Below, piece after piece: positions 51,102 to 60,241 of a stretch of DNA of 64,000 bases. Every line of letters starts with the position of its first letter. The first letter of the stretch is position 1. The notes under the pieces were generated by a model. That model did no database searches. It had not been told where the DNA came from and saw nothing but the letters and a program-made list of their open reading frames with translations. The DNA lies in contig JACRJP010000002.1 of the NCBI GenBank assembly GCA_016215455.1, positions 87,622 through 151,621 on the forward strand, given 5' to 3'. This stretch comes from Candidatus Tayloriibacteriota bacterium (GTDB lineage Bacteria > Patescibacteriota > Minisyncoccia > Phycocordibacterales > PALSA-1337). Both the position numbers and the translations under genes were made by a program.

Positions 51102-51584
51102 TTATTTTGCGCGACCATGAATAGCGGCACATGTAAGTCCAATTGCGATAGCGTCATACTCATCATCATATTTTATTTTTTTATTGATCGAGATGAGTTT
51201 GTCGACCATTGATAGTATTTGTTTCTTGTCACTTTTTCCATATCCAGTAACTGCAATTTTTACAGCAATGGGTGTGTATTCGTACACAGTAAGATTGTTG
51301 TTGAGAGCTTGATATAGAATTGCTCCACGAGTTTCAGCAACATGAAGAGCTGTTTTTTGATTCTTTGTAAAAAAAAGAGTTTCCATAGCAAATACATCAG
51401 GAGAGTATTTTTCTATAACACGTGCCACCTCTAAACTAACTTGGTGGAGTCGTGTATAAAAAGTATCTTTAGGGTTGGTGGTATAACAGTCTGAATACAG
51501 AAGTGTTTCTTTTGTTGTTCCATTTTTATCAATCACCGCAATACCAAGTCGGTCGTATCCAGGATCTACAGCAAGAATTTTCAT
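51102..51584 (-). CDS. ruvC: Holliday junction resolvase RuvC
   Basis: ILAVDPG, METLFF, VTGYGKSDK, DDEYDAIAI. Confidence 0.94.
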   Translation of the reverse strand: MKILAVDPGYDRLGIAVIDKNGTTKETLLYSDCYTTNPKDTFYTRLHQVSLEVARVIEKYSPDVFAMETLFFTKNQKTALHVAETRGAILYQALNNNLTVYEYTPIAVKIAVTGYGKSDKKQILSMVDKLISINKKIKYDDEYDAIAIGLTCAAIHGRAK

Positions 51585-51627
51585 AGGTATATTGTAACAA
51601 AAAAGCCCGGTCTATGCCGGGCTCCTT

Positions 51628-52158
51628 TTATTCTGCGTTAGTAAACACCTCTTGCACTTCATCATTATCCTCGAGCTCTTCAATGAGTTTTTCAAGGATA
51701 GCCCCGTCCTCTTCGCTGATAGGGATCGTTGTCTGGGGTATCCAACCTTCAGATGTTTTTTGAAATGCCCACGTTGCACTTCCTTGAGCTGCAAGTTCAA
51801 AACCGTTTTTTGAGAGAATGTGTTTAACTTCTTGAGCTGCTTTATTACGATTTTCAGTAAGGCCCTCAATGATTAAGGCTGAGCCACCTGGACCATATGA
51901 TTCATAGGTGACAGACTCCATCGCTGCAGAGTTGTCAGCAGTTGCTTTTTTCACTGCTCGGTCGATTGTGTCATTCGGTACGTTTTCTTTCTTTGCTTTT
52001 TCAATAGCATTTACAAGACCAGGTGATCGAAGGTTTCCACCTGCTTTTTTTGCTTCTGCTGTAATTAACTTCACCATTTTTGTGAAAGTCTTACTCTTTT
52101 GAGCATCAGTCTTTGCTTTTTGATGCTTAATCTTTGAATATTTATTGTGTCCAGCCAT
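51628..52158 (-). CDS. yebC: YebC/PmpR family protein (shortened)
   Basis: MAGHNKYSKIKH, YESYGPGG, DNDEVQEVFTN. Confidence 0.92.
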   Translation of the reverse strand: MAGHNKYSKIKHQKAKTDAQKSKTFTKMVKLITAEAKKAGGNLRSPGLVNAIEKAKKENVPNDTIDRAVKKATADNSAAMESVTYESYGPGGSALIIEGLTENRNKAAQEVKHILSKNGFELAAQGSATWAFQKTSEGWIPQTTIPISEEDGAILEKLIEELEDNDEVQEVFTNAE

Positions 52159-52212
52159 ATGTTTCTAAGTATATAGTTACTAAGATAAAATTCAACATTA
52201 CTATAATTGCTC

Positions 52213-53244
52213 CTATAATAACTTTCCAGAGCCTTTCATATCGAGGTGTGCGTATGCTTTGTCTGTTACTGTTCGTCCACGTGGAGTACGTTCAAGAAGT
52301 CCAAGTTGTATAAGGTAAGGTTCGTAGACTTCTTCGATAGTAGCCTGTTCTTCTGAAAGGGCAGCACCAAGAGTGTTGAGTCCAACAGGACCTCCTCCAA
52401 ATTTATCAATCATAATCTTGAGAATGTCTCGGTCAGCAGCGTTAAGACCCAGTTCATCCACTCCGAGCATTGCGAGTGTTTTTACTACTGTGTCATGGGA
52501 TAGAACTCCACCATTATGCACTTGAGCAAAATCACGACACCGTTTGAGAAAGTAGTTTGCAGTACGTGGTGTGAAACGACTTCGTTTTGAAATTTCAGCT
52601 ACAGCCTTGGGATCAATCTTAATACCGAGAATTTTTGCAGAACGCTCTATGATCTGACCAATTTCATCATTAGTATAAAATTCAAGCTTAAATACACCAC
52701 CCGAGAAACGTGATCGAAGAGGGGATGAGATCATTGCGATACGTGTTGTTGCTGCAATCAGTGTAAATTGAGGAAGTTCGAGTTGGATAGTTCGAGCAGA
52801 CGGACCTTTACCGATAATAATATCAAGGGACCCTGATTCCATAGCAGGGTAGAGTACTTCTTCAATTGCTTTGTTGAGACGATGAATTTCATCGATGAAC
52901 AATATATCACCATGAGAAAGGTTGGTAAGAATTGAAGCAAGGTCACCCACCTTGAGAATTGCTGGCCCCGATGTCACTTTCATTTGAGCTTTTGTTTCCT
53001 TTGCTATGAGATGAGCGAGTGTTGTTTTACCGAGTCCTGGAGGACCATAAAAAAGTATATGTTCTGGAGGATGTTCACGCTGTTGTGCCGCTGTAAGAAG
53101 AATATGGAGGTTATCTTTGATGTTTTTCTGACCAATGTATTCGTTCCATGTGCCAGGACGAAGGGTATAGTCGAGGTGATTAACCTCTTTATCCTGAGTC
53201 TGTTGCGTTTCTTTTGGTTTTTTGGTCGTTTTCTCGGTACTCAT
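52213..53244 (-). CDS. ruvB: Holliday junction branch migration helicase RuvB
   Basis: LRP..EYIGQ, GPPGLGKTTLA, FIDEIHRL, YEPYLIQ, RTPRGR. Confidence 0.96.
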   Translation of the reverse strand: MSTEKTTKKPKETQQTQDKEVNHLDYTLRPGTWNEYIGQKNIKDNLHILLTAAQQREHPPEHILFYGPPGLGKTTLAHLIAKETKAQMKVTSGPAILKVGDLASILTNLSHGDILFIDEIHRLNKAIEEVLYPAMESGSLDIIIGKGPSARTIQLELPQFTLIAATTRIAMISSPLRSRFSGGVFKLEFYTNDEIGQIIERSAKILGIKIDPKAVAEISKRSRFTPRTANYFLKRCRDFAQVHNGGVLSHDTVVKTLAMLGVDELGLNAADRDILKIMIDKFGGGPVGLNTLGAALSEEQATIEEVYEPYLIQLGLLERTPRGRTVTDKAYAHLDMKGSGKLL

Positions 53245-53271
53245 GGTTATATGGGTATATTCTAACCTGAC

Positions 53272-53300
53272 TTGACACAAAATACTATTTATGCTAGGAT
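53272..53300 (+). promoter_or_regulatory. Sigma70 promoter driving candidate ncRNA B
   Basis: TTGACA, 17 bp spacer ending TGC, TAGGAT. Confidence 0.75.
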
Positions 53301-53305
53301 ACTAG

Positions 53306-53565
53306 ATGTAAACTTTTAAATAAGTTGGGTTCTATACAACTCCTGTAAAGCGGCACACCGAGTACTCTCGATGGCCGTTTTTACATATAATATCAAGTTC
53401 ATAAATCTCTAAGCAATTTAGCCTATTTGCGTAGGTTAACTGATGTTCGTCTAAGGACGTCCTGGTTCCACCCCGGTGTTCTTACTGGGTCTATCCTCGG
53501 GGGTTCGTTTAGCTTTTGGTGATCTCATTAAAAGTATTGCTTAGAGATTTCTGGACTTGATTGCA
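53306..53565 (+). ncRNA. Candidate structured ncRNA B (possibly 6S RNA with a 5' extension)
   Basis: ~25-bp closing stem 53392-53417/53536-53561 enclosing ~118 structured nt; two 5' hairpins; no ORF. Confidence 0.6.
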
Positions 53566-53687
53566 CTATCGCGCATCTATTCTGTTGTAAATCGCTTTTC
53601 TCTCAATACCTTCTCTCACGTTTCTTTGAAGCGTTCTTTTGCTGCATTCAATACTACTCTTCCTTTTTTAAAATTCAATTGACACTG

Positions 53688-53720
53688 CAAAAATTCTGCT
53701 TCATAACAGAATTTCTTGTT
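53688..53720 (-). terminator. Terminator after pilB paralog 2
   Basis: Minus strand AAATTCTGTT-atga-AGCAGAATTT followed by TT. Confidence 0.6.
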
Positions 53721-53726
53721 AAAAAA

Positions 53727-55400
53727 CTAGTATTCAGTGATGTCAATCACACGTTCGAGCTCATCAAGAGTTGTAATTCCTTTGAGTACTTTGAGAACAC
53801 CATCTTGTGGCATTGTGAGAAGTCCTTGTGGTCGTGCAGCGTCACGAATGAGTTTTTCGCTTGATCCAGTTTCAATGAGATTGTTAACTGCTTCATCAAT
53901 GAGAATGCCTTCATACACACCAACTCGGCCTTTGTATCCAGTCTTATTACACTTATCACACCCAACAGCTTCCCAAACTTTTGTGTGTTCAGTAGGGATT
54001 TCGTTTTTATCAGTAATAGCATTGAGCACTTTCTCAACTTTTTCAAGAACTGGTCCAGTGAGAGTTGATTCTTTTCTACATACAGGACAAAGTTTTCGAA
54101 CGAGACGTTGAGCAAGAGCAATGGTTATAGCAGAACTAATTACTCGAGAGTTGATACCTAGATCGAGAAGGCGGGGGAATGAGCCAGCTGCATTGTTGGT
54201 GTGGAGAGTAGAAAATACCAAGTGACCCGTCAATGCAGAGTTGATGGCGATTGCCGCTGTCTCGCTATCTCGAATTTCTCCCACCATGATGATGTCAGGA
54301 TCTTGTCGGAGAGCTGAGCGGAGTCCTTCAAGGAAGGTGTAACCCTGGTCATTAACTTGTGTTTGTACGATACCAGGAAGATGGTATTCGATAGGGTCTT
54401 CAATGGTAATAATCTTAATTGCAGGAGCATGTACCTTCTTGAGAAGAGCATAGAGGGTTGTTGTTTTTCCTGAGCCAGTAGGACCTGTTGTAAGGAGCAT
54501 GCCGTTTGGTTTGTCGATCTGGCGGAGAATAGTGGCAAGTAACTTATCATGAATACCAAGTTCCTCAAGCGGAACAGAAATTGATTTTGGATTCAAAATA
54601 CGAAGTACCACCGATTCGTTATATGCACCCGGTAGAATCGAGGTTCGAATTTCAATATCAGTATCTTTGAGGTGCACACTAAAGCGACCATCCTGAGAAT
54701 CTTTTTTGATATTAAGTTTGAGTCCTGAAAGAAGTTTGATACGAGAAAGGAGAAGGGTATAAGTACTTGTGTCAAAACGAAGAACATCCTGAAGTACACC
54801 GTCGAGTCGATAACGAATACGAATGTATTCTTCTTCTGGTTCGATATGAACGTCAGATGCTCCTGTTGCAAGTGCACCAGCGAGAATTGTTTCGAGAATA
54901 CGCGAGATACGGTAGCTTTTCTTCTGAGTAAAGATGTCAGTAAGAATCTCTTGAACTTGAGGAAGGCCTGTTACTTGATCAACAATCTTTGCAATTTCAT
55001 CATTTGAAATTTCAAGTGAACCCGCTTTTGTTTCATAGGCAAATGAAAGATCTTTGTAAGCATTCCAACCTTTTTCAAGACTTGCTGTTGAGGCTACGTT
55101 TACATTCACTTCAAATCCTTTTTCTTCAAGAGATTTAATAACAGCAACAGTCTTCTCGTCTCCTGGCTGACGAGCGGCCACCTTTAGTTTTTTGTCGAAA
55201 ATAGCATAAGCAACGATACGTGCTTCTCGAGAATCTTTCTCATCAATGAGACGAAGAGCATCGGTGTTAACAGCTACGGTTGATAGGTCAACATAGTCGA
55301 GACTGTATTTAGCACCAAGAAGTTGAACAAGATCTTCTTCCTCTTTTTTTAGTAGCTCTGCGAGCTTATGTTTCTGCTTGTCTTCGTCAAATTGAACCAT
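53727..55400 (-). CDS. pilB: PilB/GspE-family ATPase (paralog 2, tetracysteine Zn motif intact)
   Basis: ASDVHIEP, GPTGSGKTT, LRQDPDIIMVGEIRD, CPVC...CDKC. Confidence 0.88.
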   Translation of the reverse strand: MVQFDEDKQKHKLAELLKKEEEDLVQLLGAKYSLDYVDLSTVAVNTDALRLIDEKDSREARIVAYAIFDKKLKVAARQPGDEKTVAVIKSLEEKGFEVNVNVASTASLEKGWNAYKDLSFAYETKAGSLEISNDEIAKIVDQVTGLPQVQEILTDIFTQKKSYRISRILETILAGALATGASDVHIEPEEEYIRIRYRLDGVLQDVLRFDTSTYTLLLSRIKLLSGLKLNIKKDSQDGRFSVHLKDTDIEIRTSILPGAYNESVVLRILNPKSISVPLEELGIHDKLLATILRQIDKPNGMLLTTGPTGSGKTTTLYALLKKVHAPAIKIITIEDPIEYHLPGIVQTQVNDQGYTFLEGLRSALRQDPDIIMVGEIRDSETAAIAINSALTGHLVFSTLHTNNAAGSFPRLLDLGINSRVISSAITIALAQRLVRKLCPVCRKESTLTGPVLEKVEKVLNAITDKNEIPTEHTKVWEAVGCDKCNKTGYKGRVGVYEGILIDEAVNNLIETGSSEKLIRDAARPQGLLTMPQDGVLKVLKGITTLDELERVIDITEY

Positions 55401-55567
55401 ATTGTTTTTTTATTGCTCTAAGTATATCGCAGAAGGGAAAAGAAGGGAAAAATGGCTCTAGATAAGAGATATTGACGATACGGTCATTTAAATGGTATAA
55501 TATATAACAGGTGGGCACAGTGTTTGTGTCCAGATACCGTTCAACCGCAGCATTTTCCGTAACGTCT

Positions 55568-56089
55568 ATGAAACCCTCGTTCCTTATCAGTCTATTTCTC
55601 ACTCTCGCTACCCTCGTCACGGGTTGCGCCCAGTCAGGTGCAGCTCATCGGGTTTATCCTGGTGGAACAACTAGTTACTCCTCGACTACGTCGACGGAGT
55701 ATCATGTGTCCCGTCCGGGACCGTCGTGGCAGGGTAACAACTTCTACGATCATCCGATCGGAGCGAGTCGGATTACTCCGGTTCGCACGTATCGGAGCGA
55801 GACTTTGGTGGACCTTGGAGTATTCCAACACCATCGAGTGTCAGAGAAGGTAGCCTCTCCAACACTAATTCTGCCAGATGGCAGGTCGGTAACGGAGGTT
55901 ACCCGCTATCAGTCGACTCAAACGTCGACTCGACCCCAGCAGGTCTATCCCACCACATCCTACGGTGGGTTCACTGGTGTCCAGCCCTCCTACATCGATA
56001 ATACGTCGGGGAGGTCGGGTCGCAGTTCATTTCCATCGTCATCGGTGACGGTGACCCCAGTGTCGCCTTTCAGGGCATTGGGTAGGTGA
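55568..56089 (+). CDS. Putative lipoprotein, Ser/Thr/Pro-rich, GC-rich gene
   Basis: MKPSFLISLFLTLATLVTG|C lipobox; own promoter TTGACG-18-TATAAT (55472-55501); GC hairpin 56111-56141 downstream. Confidence 0.6.
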   Translation: MKPSFLISLFLTLATLVTGCAQSGAAHRVYPGGTTSYSSTTSTEYHVSRPGPSWQGNNFYDHPIGASRITPVRTYRSETLVDLGVFQHHRVSEKVASPTLILPDGRSVTEVTRYQSTQTSTRPQQVYPTTSYGGFTGVQPSYIDNTSGRSGRSSFPSSSVTVTPVSPFRALGR

Positions 56090-56166
56090 CTGAGTCACCA
56101 ACACGTTTACGGCCGGCAGCATGCGCAAGCATCTGCCGGCCTAAATCTTTATGTTATGATATTTGC

Positions 56167-56619
56167 ATGCTTACGATTTCACATACGGTTGCCGAAACAG
56201 AATCACTCGCTTCTTTTTTTATATCTAAGTTAGTTGCTCGACCTCCAACCGCAGTTGCTACAGTTCTTGGTTTAAATGGTGATCTTGGATCAGGCAAGAC
56301 TGCATTTACAAAGGGAATAGCTCAAGCCCTCCATGTTCAGGAGCTCGTTACGAGTCCTACATTTGTTATTGAAAAGATATACCAACTCGACAATTCTCGT
56401 TTTGCTAACCTTATTCATATTGATGCATATCGACTTGATAAGGGGGAAGATTTGGTGAGACTTGGTTGGGATGCCATCATTAAAGACCCAAAGAATCTTA
56501 TTATCGTTGAATGGCCACAGAATGTAAAAGATATTATGCCAGCTAATACTATTGATATTGTGTTCACTTTCGTTGATCCTGCTACACGAGGAATTGAGAT
56601 TAAAGAAATACAACAGTAG
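56167..56619 (+). CDS. tsaE: t6A biosynthesis ATPase TsaE
   Basis: GDLGSGKT, VTSPTF, HIDAYRL, IVEW; start moved to ATG 56167. Confidence 0.94.
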   Translation: MLTISHTVAETESLASFFISKLVARPPTAVATVLGLNGDLGSGKTAFTKGIAQALHVQELVTSPTFVIEKIYQLDNSRFANLIHIDAYRLDKGEDLVRLGWDAIIKDPKNLIIVEWPQNVKDIMPANTIDIVFTFVDPATRGIEIKEIQQ

Positions 56620-56622
56620 AGT

Positions 56623-56952
56623 AAAAATAAAAAGAGGTTAGGTGCCGGCAGGTAGCGCCCTACACACCACTACACGGGACATATACCCACCGGCACCAAC
56701 TCGAACTTAGGAGGGGGCTTTACTTCCCTCACTACGCCGCAACCCATCCGGGCTCGACATCTTTTCAATAGTTTATGATCAGGTCCGGCGGGCGTAAGCA
56801 ACACACAGCCTGCCCGCCGGACCATCACCCACAACCACAGCTACAACACACAAACTTGCAGGTGACCTCAGTCAGTCAATCCGCGTATCCATGTATCTCT
56901 TAACCTAGCAGTATGGCTGACGAAGATGAAGAGTGATCAAACTATTCTATCT
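56623..56952 (-). ncRNA. Candidate large GC-rich structured ncRNA C with UG-repeat loops
   Basis: Promoter TTGACA-18-TACAAT (56988-56959); closing stem; 10-13 bp helices; terminal hairpin plus U-tract. Confidence 0.7.
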
Positions 56953-57035
56953 AGCGTAATTGTACGCCCGTAGAGTTTTTGTTGTCAAATTTCTTTTTAG
57001 CACACTTTTTATTTGGTTAGGATATAATCTCATTA

Positions 57036-59495
57036 ATGCCAAAGACACCAGCAAAAACTACGTCACAAGAGCGATTAATCCTTCTTGATGCACATGCAAT
57101 CCTTCATCGTGCATATCATGCTCTTCCTGATTTCATGTCGACGAAAGGAGAACCTACAGGAGCTTTGTATGGTCTTGCAACAATGCTCATTAAGATCATT
57201 CAGGACCTGAAGCCAACATATATTGTTGCGTGTTACGATCTTCCTCAACCAACATATCGTCATGAGGTATATAAGGATTATAAAGCGGGACGTAAAAAGG
57301 CTGAACCTGAGCTTGTCTCACAGATGAAACGGTCACGTGACGTGTTCACTGCTTTTGATATTCCTATATATGACAATCCAGGATTTGAAGCTGATGACAT
57401 GCTCGGTACGATTGTTGAACAGGTTCTCAAAGGAAAAGAATTTAAAAATATCGATGTTGTTATTGCTTCAGGTGATATGGACACTCTTCAGCTTATTGAA
57501 GGAAAAAGAATCCAGGTATACACGTTAAAGAAGGGAATAAAAGATACTATTTTGTACGATGAAGAAGGAGTAATGAATCGATTTGGTTTTGGTCCAAAAC
57601 TTTTACCCGACTACAAAGGTCTTCGAGGAGACACTTCAGATAATATTATCGGTATTAAAGGTATTGGAGAAAAAACTGGCAGTATTCTCATTCAAACATT
57701 CGGTACGATTGAAAATATGTATAAGGAGCTCGATAAGAGCGACGAGCCTTTTAAAAAAGTAGGAATTACTCCACGTATCATAGACCTTCTAAAAAATGGA
57801 AAAGAAGAAGCAATGTTCAGTAAGATGCTCGCTTCAATTCGTCGAGATGCTCCAATTAAATTTTCTTTGCCGCATCCATGGAAGAGTGCTATTGATATGA
57901 AAAAGATCGATATGTTATGTGCAGATCTCGATTTCCGTACTCTCGGTGCTCGTGTTCGTGAAGCTATATCAGGTAAGATTGCATCAACAAAAAATAGCTC
58001 AACACAGTCTTCTGATGAGGGTTATCATGTTGCGTATGGAGAAGGAGAGGGTGATATAGAAACACATGATGGTGATACTCCAGAAACTATCGATGAAAAA
58101 GAATTACAGGAGACATTACTCGCTCTCTGGGTGGCTGATTCAAACAAAACGAATCCAACACTCGATGATATCTACACATTTGCTGGTGTTCGTAACTTTG
58201 CTCAGGCACGTGAGATTATATTCAACGAACTCAAAAAACGTGGAGGTGAAAAGATTCTTGAGACAATAGAAAAGCCACTTACACCTGTTCTTAAAAAGAT
58301 GCAGGACTATGGTATCAAGATTGATGTTACATATCTCAAGAAACTTTCGGAGGACTATCATATTGAGCTCGAAAAGATTCAAAAGAAGATTTGGGAATAT
58401 GCCGGTGAGGAATTTAATGTTGCTTCTCCAAAACAACTAGGTGAAATTTTGTTCGTAAAGATGGGACTCAAGGTAAAGAATCAAAAAAAGACAGGAACAG
58501 GTGCTTTTTCAACAAAAGAATCTGAGCTCGAAAAACTTCGTGAGACACACCCGATTATTGAGGAGATTCTCAAGTATCGAGAATTCGCAAAGCTTTTGGG
58601 TACATATATTGATGTGATTCCTACACTCGTTGATGATGGTAATCGTCTTCATACAACATTTATTCAATCAGGTGCTGCGACTGGTCGCATGGCATCTGAA
58701 AATCCTGGTATTCAAAATATTCCGAATAAGACAGAACTCGGACGCGCTATTCGTCGGGCCTTTATTGCGGAGAAGGGAATGAAGTTGCTTGCATTCGATT
58801 ATTCTCAAATTGAATTACGTATCGCAGCTTTTCTATCAGGTGATGAGAAACTCATTTCTATTTTTAAAAATGGTGAAGACGTTCACACCGCAGTTGCTTC
58901 ACAAGTATTTGGTATTCCGCTTGATAAGGTTGATAAAGAAATGCGACGACAAGCAAAAGTCATTAACTTCGGTGTCATGTATGGTATGGGAGTAAATGCA
59001 TTACGACAAAATCTTGGTACGGATCGTGCTGCTGCTCAGAAATTCTATGATGAATACTTTGCTAAGTTTTCAGGACTCGCAACATATCTTGAAAAGACAA
59101 AAGCAGAGACTGCTCTAAAAGGCTATACTGAGACGTTTTTTGGACGTCGCCGTTACTTCGAGGGTATTCGTTCAAAACTTCCTTTTATCCGTGCATCTGC
59201 TGAACGTATGGCAATCAATGCTCCTATTCAAGGAACTGAAGCGGATATTGTAAAGATCGCTATGATACGAGTGGATGAGTGGCTTACTGAAAAGAAATTC
59301 GGTGATAGTGTTCGTATGCTACTTCAAGTGCATGATGAACTTGTGTTTGAGGTTGAAGAAAAAATGATTCCTAAGATTGTCCCTGATATTCAGAGAATTA
59401 TGCAATCTGTTATTGATCCAAAAGAAACAAAGGGTGTTGTTTGTACAACTGAAGCGAAGGTGGGGGATACATGGGAAGATATGGATAAGTTATAA
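57036..59495 (+). CDS. polA: DNA polymerase I
   Basis: 5'-3' exonuclease (EADD, GDTSDNI), DYSQIELR, AKVINFG, QVHDEL. Confidence 0.96.
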   Translation: MPKTPAKTTSQERLILLDAHAILHRAYHALPDFMSTKGEPTGALYGLATMLIKIIQDLKPTYIVACYDLPQPTYRHEVYKDYKAGRKKAEPELVSQMKRSRDVFTAFDIPIYDNPGFEADDMLGTIVEQVLKGKEFKNIDVVIASGDMDTLQLIEGKRIQVYTLKKGIKDTILYDEEGVMNRFGFGPKLLPDYKGLRGDTSDNIIGIKGIGEKTGSILIQTFGTIENMYKELDKSDEPFKKVGITPRIIDLLKNGKEEAMFSKMLASIRRDAPIKFSLPHPWKSAIDMKKIDMLCADLDFRTLGARVREAISGKIASTKNSSTQSSDEGYHVAYGEGEGDIETHDGDTPETIDEKELQETLLALWVADSNKTNPTLDDIYTFAGVRNFAQAREIIFNELKKRGGEKILETIEKPLTPVLKKMQDYGIKIDVTYLKKLSEDYHIELEKIQKKIWEYAGEEFNVASPKQLGEILFVKMGLKVKNQKKTGTGAFSTKESELEKLRETHPIIEEILKYREFAKLLGTYIDVIPTLVDDGNRLHTTFIQSGAATGRMASENPGIQNIPNKTELGRAIRRAFIAEKGMKLLAFDYSQIELRIAAFLSGDEKLISIFKNGEDVHTAVASQVFGIPLDKVDKEMRRQAKVINFGVMYGMGVNALRQNLGTDRAAAQKFYDEYFAKFSGLATYLEKTKAETALKGYTETFFGRRRYFEGIRSKLPFIRASAERMAINAPIQGTEADIVKIAMIRVDEWLTEKKFGDSVRMLLQVHDELVFEVEEKMIPKIVPDIQRIMQSVIDPKETKGVVCTTEAKVGDTWEDMDKL

Positions 59496-59501
59496 AAATA
59501 C

Positions 59502-60215
59502 ATGCTATACGTTTTTTGTGGAGACATTGTAAAAGCAAAGAAAAAAGCGCGCGAGTTAGCGAAGGTACTTCTCACCAAGAAACCTGACGCTTCACTATTT
59601 GAACTTACTCCGGATTCATGGAATGAAGCCGCTTTTCAGGAGTATCTTGGAGGTCAGGGACTTTTTGAAAAAAAATATATTGTTCTCATGCACGAATTAG
59701 CGAGTCATAAACAAACAAAAGACTTTTTTCTTGATAATCTCAAAGAACTTAAGGCTTCTGAAAATGTTTTTGTTCTTGTTGAAGGAGAATTAACAAAAAA
59801 AGATCAAGCTCCTCTTGAAAAAAACGCTGAAAAACTCCAATCGTTTGATGTTTCTGAGAAAATAAATAAAAAAGAATTTAATATTTTTGCTCTTACAGAT
59901 GCAATTGGTCGCCGTGATGCAATTGCTGCGTGGACTATATTTACTCAGGCACAGATGGCAGGAATGGAAGCTGAACAGATTCATGGCATGATTGCATGGC
60001 AACTTAAGGCGATGGCGCTTGCTCAGGTCTCAAAAGATGCAAAATCATCAGGACTCAATCCGTTTGTATTTACTAAAGCTGTGGCTGCTGCAAAGAAATA
60101 TTCACAAGAAGAAGTTGTTTCTCTCTATAACAAGCTCATTCGTGACTATCACAATTCACGTAGAGGAATGATTGATTTTTCTCTTGCTACCGAACAATTT
60201 TTGTTGAGTTTGTAA
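59502..60215 (+). CDS. holA: Probable DNA polymerase III delta subunit (shortened)
   Basis: QGLFEKK, FNIFALTDAI..D, NPFVFTKA HolA-like motifs. Confidence 0.6.
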   Translation: MLYVFCGDIVKAKKKARELAKVLLTKKPDASLFELTPDSWNEAAFQEYLGGQGLFEKKYIVLMHELASHKQTKDFFLDNLKELKASENVFVLVEGELTKKDQAPLEKNAEKLQSFDVSEKINKKEFNIFALTDAIGRRDAIAAWTIFTQAQMAGMEAEQIHGMIAWQLKAMALAQVSKDAKSSGLNPFVFTKAVAAAKKYSQEEVVSLYNKLIRDYHNSRRGMIDFSLATEQFLLSL

Positions 60216-60241
60216 AATAAAAATATGAAGCAGAGCTTCAC

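Noticed and set aside
53606-53649. 14-codon minus-strand ORF MQQKNASKKRERRY with a purine-rich upstream region
   Set aside because: Too short to support, and it lies beyond the pilB terminator.
56779-56802. Plus-strand TCAGGTCCGG..AAGCA resembling SRP RNA helix 8
   Set aside because: The loop is not GNRA and the spacing is wrong. The segment is one arm of a perfect 12-bp helix, and promoter, terminator and G-U pairs all favour the minus strand.
56670-56825. ~52-codon minus-strand ORF (MVRRAGCVLL...) inside RNA C
   Set aside because: The start is buried in a strong helix, there is no initiation signal and the product is unrecognisable. Not formally excluded.
57036-59495. Short PolA with a reduced 3'-5' exonuclease region
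   Set aside because: Loss of Pol I proofreading is common in bacteria, so it is not notable.
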